Source of the DNA: an uncultured Candidatus Saccharibacteria bacterium
GTDB taxonomy: Bacteria > Patescibacteriota > Minisyncoccia > Phycocordibacterales > SBAW01
NCBI GenBank assembly: GCA_964355655.1
Contig: CAYHDT010000001.1
Span: forward strand, 21,588-85,587
Direction of reading: 5' to 3'
DNA length: 64,000 nucleotides
How positions within the stretch are numbered: the first letter of the stretch is position 1; each line of letters opens with the position of its first letter. Shown here one piece after another: positions 55,701-64,000 of this stretch. The position numbers were made by a program, and so were the translations under genes. The notes beneath the pieces are model-generated. The model did not search any database and was not told the origin of the DNA. It saw nothing but the letters and a program-made list of their open reading frames with translations.

Positions 55701-56333
55701 ATGATAAAAGCGATTATTTTTGATTTGGACCGGTGTATCCTAAACCCGAAATCGCTCGATGTTGATATTCTCGACCCTGTTTTGGCGCCTTTATATGCGT
55801 CGAATGTATCAGCTGAACTAAAACAGAAAATGAGCGAGGTGTTGTGGCACACTGCGTTTGAGGACGCAGTTGTGCTATATGGAGTACCGGCAGATATTGC
55901 GCAGCGCATGCGTGTTGAGTGCCGCCGGCTCGAGATACCTGCGGGAAAGGAAATATATTCTTATGGTGACGAATCGTACATACCGGCCTTGCCGGTCAAG
56001 AAATTTTTAGTGACCAGCGGTTTTAGGAACTTTCAAACTTCAAAAATCACTAAGTTGGGTATTGCAGGTATGTTTGATGGAATTTTTATTGACGAAAGTG
56101 ATGATTTGACTATCCGAAAGAAAAAGAAAAAGATTTTTGAGGAAATATTAGGAGCTAATGATTTGCAAAAGGAAGAGGTTTTGGTAGTGGGTGACAATCC
56201 TATTTCTGAATTGAAAGCGGCTAAGGAGCTTGGCATTGTCGCTATACAGACCCTCCGTCCGGGCGTGCAAAAATGGGACCAGGCCGACTACCATGTTACT
56301 TCGTTGTCCGAATTAGCTGAGCTTATTAAATAA
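55701..56333 (+). CDS. HAD-superfamily hydrolase.
   Basis: Motif I IIFDLD, C-terminal VGDNPISE..A. Start at MIKAII (55701). Confidence 0.75.
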   Translation: MIKAIIFDLDRCILNPKSLDVDILDPVLAPLYASNVSAELKQKMSEVLWHTAFEDAVVLYGVPADIAQRMRVECRRLEIPAGKEIYSYGDESYIPALPVKKFLVTSGFRNFQTSKITKLGIAGMFDGIFIDESDDLTIRKKKKKIFEEILGANDLQKEEVLVVGDNPISELKAAKELGIVAIQTLRPGVQKWDQADYHVTSLSELAELIK

Positions 56334-56367
56334 AAACCCCGAGCCGAAATTTGGGCTCGGGGTTATG

Positions 56368-56895
56368 CTAGGCGGCGCGTACCGGCATGACAACAGGCAA
56401 GCGGACCCGCAGCATGACCTCGGCGCGTTGACCGAATTGCGTGCGCATGCCGCACACCCCGTCGGTAAAGTCTTTGGCATAAACGCTGATCGCGTTGAAA
56501 TTCAGCACGTATGCCCAGACGATGAAGGCGATGTGGCTTTCGATGCGATTGTCTTTCTTTTTGAGCCATTCGGCAAGCTCCCGCATGCCGTAGCGGGTAA
56601 GCTGCGGTGCGAGTTGGTTTCCTTGATACGCGGGGTCGATGCCGATTTGATCGAGTTCGACAACCGGCTCCGCTCGGTGGAATCCGCCGTGCATCTGCCA
56701 GCCGGCATATCCCGCTACAGCGCCGTCGATTTCGACGATGAAGTATTGGTAGACTGGGTAAGACTTGTAGAGCGCCTCCACCCATTCGCGCGCTCCCTCG
56801 GCGCGGTCGCGGTCGCCCAAAAATACCGTCGAGTTGATATGCGCGATAACGGCCAAGTCGCGCTCTTCGGCACGGCGTAGTAATACTTCACCCAT
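56368..56895 (-). CDS. GNAT-family N-acetyltransferase.
   Basis: 175 aa. Acetyl-CoA-binding-like Q/R-x-x-G-x-G/A region (IDPAYQGNQLAPQL). Confidence 0.7.
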   Translation of the reverse strand: MGEVLLRRAEERDLAVIAHINSTVFLGDRDRAEGAREWVEALYKSYPVYQYFIVEIDGAVAGYAGWQMHGGFHRAEPVVELDQIGIDPAYQGNQLAPQLTRYGMRELAEWLKKKDNRIESHIAFIVWAYVLNFNAISVYAKDFTDGVCGMRTQFGQRAEVMLRVRLPVVMPVRAA

Positions 56896-57337
56896 GGTTG
56901 CACCCTTTTGTTACTTCCAAGGAATACAACGTCCGATGATTACCGGTAGTTTCTAGTTACTCTTTAACATCGCTTTAAGCGGGACGGCGGGGGACTGTTT
57001 GACAAGAATACGCGTCATGCTAAGCTCTAAGTATGCAACTTGCGCAGGCAATTAATCGTCGTCACTGGCTTATCTTTTCGAAAGCCGGTGTTTGTCGCGC
57101 GTAAATTTTTAAAATAAAGTTTAAGAGACAGGAACCGGCTTTTGAAGAAGCCGGTTTTGCGTTACTACGCAAAAAACAAACAGAGGAGGGCTTGATGCAC
57201 CGTCACTGGCGTTAATTGCCCGGCCGTAATGCCGACAGGCTGCTACGGTATTCCTGAATAAGATTCGGAGAGGGCTGACATCCCGCTCGGCAACAGAAAA
57301 AAACTGTCACCCGTTCTTTCAACCTGCGGAGTGAAAC

Positions 57338-57535
57338 ATGCGCAAGCAAGAGTTTCCAGAAGACTCCACTGGCGAAGTGTATGGTCCCGACGGTCCGGTA
57401 CGACGCACGCGTGCTCACACAATCGCGGGCTATACTGAGCCGGTTTTGTCCCACGCGGGCCGGCACCAAGCCATGATGGACGAAGAGGGCGCCTGGCTCA
57501 ACGCGGCCTTTATGGAGCCCGATGAGCCATTGTAG
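57338..57535 (+). CDS. Small hypothetical protein (65 aa).
   Basis: RBS GGAGTGAAAC before the ATG. Immediately followed by a strong terminator. Confidence 0.4.
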   Translation: MRKQEFPEDSTGEVYGPDGPVRRTRAHTIAGYTEPVLSHAGRHQAMMDEEGAWLNAAFMEPDEPL

Positions 57536-57541
57536 AAAAGT

Positions 57542-57570
57542 AACCGCCGCAACACTGCGGCGGTTTTTTT
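57542..57570. terminator. Bidirectional rho-independent terminator.
   Basis: CCGCCGC-AACACU-GCGGCGG flanked by AA and UUUUUUU. It serves both the plus-strand small ORF and the minus-strand protease gene. Confidence 0.75.
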
Positions 57571-58693
57571 AATTCCCGCTCAACACCGCTTCAAGTTGCG
57601 CGGTGAGGCCCGGAGCTATTTTTGTATTAAAATCGGCCGCTTTTGCGGCAAGGTCGCCGGAGAGCAAACCGACAATGCCTCCTTTGCCGGCAGCTATCAG
57701 CGTGTCGTCTATGTGGGCGAGCGAAACTGCACGCAGGTCGCGCGCATCCGTCGTTGCTCCTGCGGTAGATGTGGTGATAATCCCCGCCAGTTTGCCGTCG
57801 GACAGTCGCACGGCTGCTCCGCCGGAGGAGCCGCCTTGAGAAAGGATGGTACCGCCTATCGAAAAGAGCTCTACGTTGTTGTTGCCGCCGAACGAAAAAA
57901 GCTGTGTTACATACGTGACGGCCGAACTCGCATAGAGATTTTTTTGAACGGTCTGGCTGCCCAAAAACCCCGCTGGGTACGAGGCAAGCAGCATCTCCTC
58001 GCCGAGGCCAACCAGCCCGCGGTTCATCTCCATCCGGGAGAATGTCGCCGGCAACGAGGCGGCGGGGTCTGTCCTGCCGGTAATAAACAGGAAGGCATAG
58101 TCATTTTCTCCCGTGCCGGTTGCCTGGACAGCTTTCAATTGCGCGGCGTTTGCGGCGACCCATGCCGGCGGCGTGTATAAAAGAGTTGCGGTGTAGCGCT
58201 CTTGTGCGGGCGAGCCGACGCGTACAGTGCAGGTAATGTTGTCCGGAGTAAGGTAGTTGCGCAATAGGAAATACTGCGCGATGTGCGCGTTAGTAAGTAT
58301 GACGCCGCGATTGTCGATTATGATGCCGCTGCCGCTTATCCCGTTGATGCCTGTTCGCGGCAGACACAAAATATTTACCAGCGCCGAGCGGGTTTCTTCA
58401 TTTATTTGTTCCTGAGACTTCAGAGGCTGTGCTACAGGAGGAGTTGTCACAGGCGCTGGAACAGGAGGTGCTACCGGTTTTTGAGCAATGGGTGCCGGAG
58501 AGGACTTTATCGTGCTCGTTGTGGCTACGGGCGCGGTGGGGAATTGTGCGGTAGTGGTAGCGGCCGGTTGCGCGGGCAGGGGCGTGTTTGATATTTCTTC
58601 CGACAACAGCCCCGAAAATATTGATCCAAAAAACAGCAACAATGAGGCAATGATGCCAAAAGTCATAGTGAGGATGCCTTGTAGAACTTCCAT
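57569..58693 (-). CDS. Trypsin-like serine protease (S1C/HtrA-like catalytic domain without an evident PDZ domain), membrane-anchored.
   Basis: N-terminal TM, Pro-rich linker, GSGIIIDNRGVILTNAHI (His), and GGSSGGAA (Ser) motifs. Confidence 0.75.
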   Translation of the reverse strand: MEVLQGILTMTFGIIASLLLFFGSIFSGLLSEEISNTPLPAQPAATTTAQFPTAPVATTSTIKSSPAPIAQKPVAPPVPAPVTTPPVAQPLKSQEQINEETRSALVNILCLPRTGINGISGSGIIIDNRGVILTNAHIAQYFLLRNYLTPDNITCTVRVGSPAQERYTATLLYTPPAWVAANAAQLKAVQATGTGENDYAFLFITGRTDPAASLPATFSRMEMNRGLVGLGEEMLLASYPAGFLGSQTVQKNLYASSAVTYVTQLFSFGGNNNVELFSIGGTILSQGGSSGGAAVRLSDGKLAGIITTSTAGATTDARDLRAVSLAHIDDTLIAAGKGGIVGLLSGDLAAKAADFNTKIAPGLTAQLEAVLSGN

Positions 58694-58764
58694 GTGCGGG
58701 ATGGGAGAATCGAACTCCCAACTACAGTTTGGAAAACTGTCGTTTTGCCACTAAACTAATCCCG
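58694..58764 (-). tRNA. tRNA-Gly (anticodon TCC).
   Basis: The reverse complement gives GCGGGAU...UUUCCAA...GGGAGUUCGAUUCUCCCAUCCCGCA. Confidence 0.8.
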
Positions 58765-58824
58765 CTTGCCCTTTCGAAACTTTAGCGAAGTAGGGCGTAC
58801 CCCGTTATACTAAACCATATCAAC

Positions 58825-58851
58825 GAAAAAATCCCCTGATGGGGATTTTTT
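58825..58851. terminator. Bidirectional terminator downstream of hup.
   Basis: AAAAAAUCCCC-UGAU-GGGGAUUUUUU. Confidence 0.7.
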
Positions 58852-58868
58852 CGTCTCGAGAGGATATT

Positions 58869-59144
58869 TTACTGCTTGACGGCCTCCTTCAGTGCCTTAG
58901 CGGCCTGGAACTTAGGCACGCGCATGGTGGGGACCTGTACCGTGGCGCCGGTGCGGGGGTTGCGCGCGGTGCGGGCGGCCCTCATTTTGGTCTTAAAGAT
59001 GCCAAGGCCTGCGATGGAGACATCGTTGCCTTTCTTAAGTTCGCTAACGATAGAGTCGATCATCGACTCCACGGCGCGCTCCGCATCCGCCTTGGTGGTG
59101 CCAAGTACCGTGTGCACCTTTTCCGCAATATCCTGTTTATTCAT
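58869..59144 (-). CDS. hup: DNA-binding protein HU.
   Basis: MNKQDIAEKV...GFGxF...RNPRTG signature. Confidence 0.9.
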   Translation of the reverse strand: MNKQDIAEKVHTVLGTTKADAERAVESMIDSIVSELKKGNDVSIAGLGIFKTKMRAARTARNPRTGATVQVPTMRVPKFQAAKALKEAVKQ

Positions 59145-59309
59145 AGCGTTAATTAATAGCTTGTAATGGGAAGCCCCTGTAGGGGGAAGTATACCCCTCT
59201 CAAAAAACCTTGCAATAGAGCCATTGCGGATAGATAAGCGGTAAAAATGGCTCTATTGTAGGGGCCAAAGGAGTACAAATAAAAACTCCCCGGGAGGGGA
59301 GTGGTGGGT

Positions 59310-59729
59310 TTATGGAATCAGTTGACCCCGAAATGCGTTGTCCAGTAGTCTTTCGATTTCTTTCATTGGCAGGATTTCACCGGCGGCAAAACTTGAACCG
59401 CTCGCCGAAAACAAATGTTCGCTTGCGGTCGCAGCCTCGATCCAGCCATCGTTTTGAAGGAGCAGGCCGGTTCTGCTTTGGTAAAATCCCACTCCGACGA
59501 ACGCCTGCGTTACTTTTTTCGTGGAGAGAGCTTTTTGGGCAAAATAGTGAGCCGTCTGCCCGATCGCCAGCTCAGTTCGCGGTTTAAAGAATTGTGTCCG
59601 TACCACCCTGCATTCGATAAGGGCGAAAGTCCCCTCGGACAGATACTTCAACACCGCTTTTTGCACGGTCTGCAGCCCGCCTGGAATAAGAGCCGGATTG
59701 GCGACGACGACGACTTTCTTTGCTTCCAC
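59310..59729 (-). CDS. Hypothetical protein.
   Basis: 139 aa. Confidence 0.5.
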   Translation of the reverse strand: MEAKKVVVVANPALIPGGLQTVQKAVLKYLSEGTFALIECRVVRTQFFKPRTELAIGQTAHYFAQKALSTKKVTQAFVGVGFYQSRTGLLLQNDGWIEAATASEHLFSASGSSFAAGEILPMKEIERLLDNAFRGQLIP

Positions 59730-59777
59730 TAATGCCTCCTATGTGGCAAGTCTTTGCAGACAGTAACAAGAACGCTC

Positions 59778-61307
59778 TTACCGCGCAAATTCGATCGCGC
59801 GGGTTTCGCGGAAGACGATAACCTTTATTTCGCCGGGATATTTAAGCTCATTTTCTATGCGCAGCGCTATTTCGCGCGCTACTTCGCGGGCCTGGAAGTC
59901 GGTCATCTTGTCGGGTCTGACAAAGACCCGCACCTCGCGGCCGGCGCTTATGGCGTAGGACTTTTCGACGCCCTCAAACGAGTTGGCGATAGCCTCGATG
60001 TCAGAGAGGCGTTTGATGTACTGCTCGACAGAGTCGCGCCGCGCGCCTGGGCGGCCACCCGAAATAGCGTCGGCCACTTGGACAATGTAGGACTCCGGTG
60101 TTTCATACGGGTATTCTTCGTGGTGGGCCTGCATGGCTTTTATTACCTCCTCTTGTACTCCGAATTTTTGGAGGATGCGGCGGCCTATCTCGACATGCGT
60201 CCCTTGTACCTCGTGGTCGAGCGCCTTGCCGATGTCATGCAGGAGCGCGCCGGCGCGTGCAACAGCCGGGTTGGCGCCGACCTCCTCGGCTATCATGCCC
60301 GCGATGTGCGCCATCTCCACCGAGTGCTGCAGCACGGACTGCCCGTAGCTGGTGCGGAAGTGGAGTCTGCCGAGTATCATAAGCAGTCGCGGGTCGAGGT
60401 TAAGCACGCCCACCTCAAAAGCCGCGGCCTCGGCCTTTTCTTTAATAATTTTGTTTACGTCCGCTTTGGCCTTCTCCACCGTTTCTTCAATTTTTGCCGG
60501 CTGGATGCGTCCGTCGATAATCAGGTTTTCAAGAGCGACGCGGGCAATGGCGCGGCGCAGCGGGTCGTATGAAGAAAAGAGTATAGAGCCCAGCGTGTCG
60601 TCGATAATAACCTCTACCCCCGTTTCACGCTCAAACGCTTTGATGTTGCGGCCCTCTTTGCCGATAATCTTACCCTTAAGGTCATCGTTGGGGATAGTAA
60701 TAGCGGTCGCCATGGTGTCGGAGGCTACCGAGTTGCCGAGGCGGTGTATGGCGGTAACGAGGATATCTTTAGCTTTGCGGTCGAGTCGGTCCATGCCATC
60801 GCGCTCGAGCTTGGTGACACGCATCATCATATCTTCGCTGTTTTCGCGCTCGAGCTCCGCATAAAGTTGCTCCTTGGCCTGCTCTTTAGAGAGCCCGGCG
60901 ACTTTTGCCAGCTCGGTGGCGCGCTCCTCTAGCAATGCTTCGGCGCGCTCTTTTATTTGGCGGACTTCCTCTATTTTTCCTTTGACCGCCTGGACTTCCG
61001 AGTCGAGTTCTCCCTGCTTTTTGTCCAGCGACTCCTCACGCTTAAAGACGCGCTCTTCCTGGCGCGTTACTTTCTCTTCTTTTTCGGCAATCGTGGTCTC
61101 GAGCGCGGAAAGGACCTCGGCGGCCTTGTTCTGCGCCTCTCCGGTTATTTTTTTAGCTTCTTCTCTGGCGTCAAGCAAGATGTGCTTGACTTCGACTTCT
61201 ATCGAACCTTTACGCGATAAAACGAGCAGCCATCGGAATACAAATCCTATTACCGCACCCCCGAGCGCGGAGAGCGCCAGCAGGGCAAACACTATTTTTA
61301 ATGACAT
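59778..61307 (-). CDS. rny: Ribonuclease Y.
   Basis: N-terminal TM, coiled-coil, KH domain, HD domain (HDIGK). Confidence 0.9.
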   Translation of the reverse strand: MSLKIVFALLALSALGGAVIGFVFRWLLVLSRKGSIEVEVKHILLDAREEAKKITGEAQNKAAEVLSALETTIAEKEEKVTRQEERVFKREESLDKKQGELDSEVQAVKGKIEEVRQIKERAEALLEERATELAKVAGLSKEQAKEQLYAELERENSEDMMMRVTKLERDGMDRLDRKAKDILVTAIHRLGNSVASDTMATAITIPNDDLKGKIIGKEGRNIKAFERETGVEVIIDDTLGSILFSSYDPLRRAIARVALENLIIDGRIQPAKIEETVEKAKADVNKIIKEKAEAAAFEVGVLNLDPRLLMILGRLHFRTSYGQSVLQHSVEMAHIAGMIAEEVGANPAVARAGALLHDIGKALDHEVQGTHVEIGRRILQKFGVQEEVIKAMQAHHEEYPYETPESYIVQVADAISGGRPGARRDSVEQYIKRLSDIEAIANSFEGVEKSYAISAGREVRVFVRPDKMTDFQAREVAREIALRIENELKYPGEIKVIVFRETRAIEFAR

Positions 61308-61492
61308 ATTGGGATTTCATGAAATATATATTGAGAACGCCCTTACAATACCAGACAAATTACTTAACCGCAAATTGGCTCGTACGGAGAAAAAGTAGGT
61401 TTTCGGGAGTGTTTCGCAGGCTGACGAGCCGAGAATCAGCAAATTTCCAGCAGGAAATTATGCGACTCCCGAAGGCCTAGCTTTTTCGGAGA

Positions 61493-61560
61493 TTTATTTC
61501 TTAGCCGGGACGGCTTGGTGGGTCAAAATGTCGTCCACAATGCCGTACTTTTTAGCCTAT
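61493..61560. repeat. Direct repeat copy A: a duplicated clpP 3' end (last about 20 codons plus stop).
   Basis: 66 of 68 nt identical to 63692..63759. Copy A still encodes ...[20 protein letters not shown] on the minus strand. Confidence 0.8.
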
Positions 61561-62295
61561 TTCCGGCCCCAACCTTTCCCAAAGTTGTTGCCACACCACG
61601 CGCATAGTGTCGGCCAGATGCCGGTTTTCTACCAAGACGGCAAAAGGGGACGGACCCTCCAGGTCAATAAGGGCAACCTTGTCACCATAGATATTTATAT
61701 CGGTTTTGAACTTGGGCGCGGTAATAAACTTGGTTTTACGCAAAAATTTTAGATTGTCTTTTGAAAAGTTGCGCGCAAAGGGTACATCTCGAGAGATGGA
61801 GCGGATAAGTATGTCGCGCCGCGCGCGCTCCTTTGGGAACCAATCAAAAATCCTAGGCGGCAACTCCGCCCGCAGGTCTTCCAAATCTTCATACGCCAGT
61901 ATCTCCTTTTTTTCTCGCAACATGTCCGCGTACACCTCCTCGACCCCCTGCATTCCGTCATAAAAAGTGACGCGAGGTTTTTTTGCGGATTTGTTATTGA
62001 TTGCGAGCAAGTCCGGCAGTATGCGCTCAAGCCCGCTGAGGCGGACTTTTTGCATCTCAACCAACCGCTCTGGATTGACCGCGCTGTAGACGTGCCGCTT
62101 GCCGCGCTTGGTTTCGTTGATATATCCGCGCTCGCGTAGCTCATCAATGAAAGTATAGATAGTGGAGCGGTTAACCCCGGACTTGCCGGCAAGAGCAAGC
62201 ATGGTCGCCTCGCCGAGCTCTAATGCCGCCAAATAAACTTTGGCCTGCATCGAGGTCATGCCGAGCAAAGGGAGCAAATTCTCGTCTATTTCCAC
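61552..62295 (-). CDS. TrmB-family transcriptional regulator (paralog 4).
   Basis: N-terminal LPLLGMTSMQAKVYLAALELG wHTH. GTG start at 62295. Confidence 0.7.
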   Translation of the reverse strand: MEIDENLLPLLGMTSMQAKVYLAALELGEATMLALAGKSGVNRSTIYTFIDELRERGYINETKRGKRHVYSAVNPERLVEMQKVRLSGLERILPDLLAINNKSAKKPRVTFYDGMQGVEEVYADMLREKKEILAYEDLEDLRAELPPRIFDWFPKERARRDILIRSISRDVPFARNFSKDNLKFLRKTKFITAPKFKTDINIYGDKVALIDLEGPSPFAVLVENRHLADTMRVVWQQLWERLGPEIG

Positions 62296-62299
62296 AATA

Positions 62300-62315
62300 T
62301 GTCAATTTTATGACA
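62300..62315. promoter_or_regulatory. TGTCAATTTTATGACA perfect inverted repeat immediately upstream of TrmB paralog 4.
   Basis: TGTCA-N6-TGACA, 5 nt upstream of the start codon. Confidence 0.5.
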
Positions 62316-63262
62316 CTTATTATATCTTTGCAATAGGCCAGTTTTTCCCACTTCCATAAGCTTTTACAGAGATTATGTTTGACTTTTACTCTTATAATGT
62401 TATAATCATGACAGTTAAAAGTTCATCAAAAACAGATTGGGTACTGGCGGCTCCCTTTGTTTTGCCGAACATCGGCAGAAGAGAGGGGGTCGTCATAACA
62501 CGAGCATATACCGATCGGGCAACCGATGTGCTTATCGAGCGTAGGTAGTTCCTGCGTACGACTCCATGGGCCCCTTGAAAAACGGGGGATGAGCCAGCTT
62601 GGTTGGCTACCGCGCTGAAAGAGGCGGTTAAGTAGAAACACGGAAGTGTGTAATAGATAGGAAGAGTGGAAGGTTGTGAGAGAAGACCCAGCAGGGAAGC
62701 CTGCTGGCAATTAGCAACCGAACTCGGGTAAGTTGTACCACGTCTAGCTTCTGTGTGACGAAAAGGAGGCACACTCTCTCGGTGAGCGTGACCTCTAACT
62801 AGAAAGTTTTCCGGTCGTCAGAGGGTCCTAAATCGAACGCATCGAAACTCTTCTAGGTTTTGATGTAGTAGGGAATCCCGAGTACTTCGCAATTTCATCC
62901 CAAGTCAGTTGAAGCTGATGTTGTGGTGCGATGGAGCAAACTGCGCGAAGCAAACGACGTACTAGCCAATACCCTGGAGTGGGCCCAGGTGGCCATAATT
63001 GGTTGGCCAAGGCAATCCGACGACAGCGGTACCAGCCGTCTATCGGATGACGATGCGACCAAAAGGCTTTAGGGCTTGTTTGGTTGAAATACATAAGGGA
63101 GAAGTGACGTGTCGATCGCTGCTTCTCCCAACCAATATTGTTCTTTTTAGTTAGCTATAGATTTATAGGCGGAAACGAAAGCTTCCGCCCTCTACTGAGA
63201 ACCCGATTCATTCGGATTCTCATCGAGAAAGTTCGTTGATACAAATGAGGAGAGGGTAAGCC
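62316..63262. ncRNA. ORF-free region of about 950 nt with extensive potential secondary structure. Candidate structured ncRNA or intron-like element. Its class could not be identified.
   Basis: No ORF of 60 aa or more on the plus strand. The minus-strand ORFs are not protein-like. Hairpins are present, e.g. GGCGGAAACGAAAGCUUCCGCC at 63169-63190. Confidence 0.3.
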
Positions 63263-63655
63263 ATGCCGCCTGAATCGAAGCAAATACTCTGCCTCCTCAT
63301 ATTCGGTCCCATTCTCGCATTTGGGATTGCATACGGTAGCGAACGCTACAACGAGTCGAGATGGAGCGAACAAGACTTGGTGTATATCCAAAAAATGCGC
63401 CAGGAGTATGCCTACGGAGATATTCCTGACGGGACTCTGCTTGTCCGCCGGGATGGAAGCATCTTTATGGTGCCGCACGGTCCGTATCATCGCTACATCG
63501 TTCTTGTGGCACCTGGCCAGACTCGTCGCATGGCATACCTGTTCGGTGGCGGTGGTCAGGACGACAATATGTACAACATCCTGCGACTCATCCGACCAGG
63601 CGAACTAGACTATAACGAGTACGCCGCCAAGTTTCTGCAACAGACGCTAGATTAG
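63263..63655 (+). CDS. Hypothetical protein.
   Basis: 130 aa, RBS GAGGAGAGGG before the ATG, followed by a terminator. Confidence 0.5.
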   Translation: MPPESKQILCLLIFGPILAFGIAYGSERYNESRWSEQDLVYIQKMRQEYAYGDIPDGTLLVRRDGSIFMVPHGPYHRYIVLVAPGQTRRMAYLFGGGGQDDNMYNILRLIRPGELDYNEYAAKFLQQTLD

Positions 63656-63660
63656 CCAAG

Positions 63661-63697
63661 GAAGCCCCGGATTTTTCCGGGGCTTCTCTTTTATTTC
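63661..63697. terminator. Rho-independent terminator, bidirectional (clpP and the small gene).
   Basis: GAAGCCCCGG-AUUUUU-CCGGGGCUUC followed by UCUUUUAUUU. Confidence 0.75.
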
Positions 63698-64000
63698 TTA
63701 GCCGGGACGGCTTGGTGGGTCAAAATGTCGTCGACAATGCCGTACTTCTTAGCCTCGTCCGCCATCATAAAGTAGTCGCGGTCAACGTCCTTCTCTATCT
63801 TCTCGAGCGGTTGGCCCGTGGCTTTGGAGAGTATTTTGTTAAGCCGCTCGCGGGTGGCGACGATATGCTTGGCCGTAATTTCGATGTCGGTGGCCTGACC
63901 CTGCGCCCCGCCCCATGGCTGATGGATCATCACCTCGGCGTTCGGCAGAGCAAAGCGCTTGCCCTTTTGGCCCGCCGCCAAAATAACCGCCGCCGCGGAG
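63691..64000 (-). CDS. clpP: ATP-dependent Clp protease proteolytic subunit. C-terminal part only, as the gene continues beyond the window end.
   Basis: ...[23 protein letters not shown]...[21 protein letters not shown], a ClpP signature around the catalytic His. Confidence 0.85.
   Translation of the reverse strand, partial: SAAAVILAAGQKGKRFALPNAEVMIHQPWGGAQGQATDIEITAKHIVATRERLNKILSKATGQPLEKIEKDVDRDYFMMADEAKKYGIVDDILTHQAVPAKK

Noticed and set aside
62941-63090. tmRNA-like tag start GCAAACGACG in the ORF-free region
   Set aside because: The downstream frame is about 49 codons without an ALAA-type ending. No tRNA-like acceptor/T-arm or CCA end was found nearby.
1-64000. CRISPR arrays or cas genes
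   Set aside because: No regularly spaced direct repeats and no Cas-like proteins are visible anywhere in the window.

Overview
This reads as a compact, high-GC bacterial chromosome segment with densely packed, often overlapping genes. By inference only, the gene content fits a small-genome Gram-positive-like or CPR/Patescibacteria-type organism: four TrmB-family regulators, a sortase with surface proteins, many toxin-antitoxin pairs, and a type IV secretion (T4SS)-like cluster.

Layout along the window:
- 1..12.2 kb: a single minus-strand T4SS/conjugation-like block. It holds a partial PD40-like gene (missed by the ORF track), a pilin-like protein, VirB4, PrgI/VirB3-like and VirB6/TrbL-like proteins, and Gly- and Pro-rich membrane proteins. 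Its intergenic spacers are paralogous AT-rich inverted-repeat elements.
- 12.5-22.8 kb: housekeeping genes (rsmA/ksgA, uvrD-like helicase), peptidoglycan hydrolases (LysM-M23, M23 with a PG-binding domain), and a two-component system plus a PAS/HisKA_2 kinase.
- 22.8-27 kb: a cell-surface module. It contains a sortase, an LPDTG protein that lacks a membrane anchor, a DUF3494 ice-binding-like protein with a PG-binding domain, and an Fn3-repeat protein.
- 27.3-28.9 kb: an AT-rich islet with a HigBA-like toxin-antitoxin pair.
- 29-36 kb: metabolism and repair genes, including a possible CoaB-like/class II aldolase-like fusion, apt, comM/yifB, and a RelBE-like pair.
- 36-44 kb: the rpsO-NYN-pnp unit, xerC/D, xth and a HicBA pair.
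- 45-49.6 kb and 61.5-63.7 kb: TrmB-family regulator genes next to long ORF-free, GC-rich, apparently structured regions. The second region is bracketed by a 68-nt duplication of the clpP 3' end, which looks like an insertion.
- 51.4-53 kb: tRNA-Arg, tRNA-Gly and tRNA-Pro, interleaved with AT-rich inserted genes. A fourth tRNA (Gly-TCC) lies at 58.7 kb.
- Remaining genes: cca, yraN, an rRNA methyltransferase, an ABC exporter, HAD, GNAT, a serine protease, hup, rny and a partial clpP.

The most unusual signals are the two ORF-free structured regions associated with TrmB genes and TGTCA-N6-7-TGACA operator-like palindromes, the element flanked by clpP 3'-end direct repeats, and the repeated inverted-repeat spacers inside the T4SS operon. 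All functional calls rest on motif recognition by eye, not on database searches.
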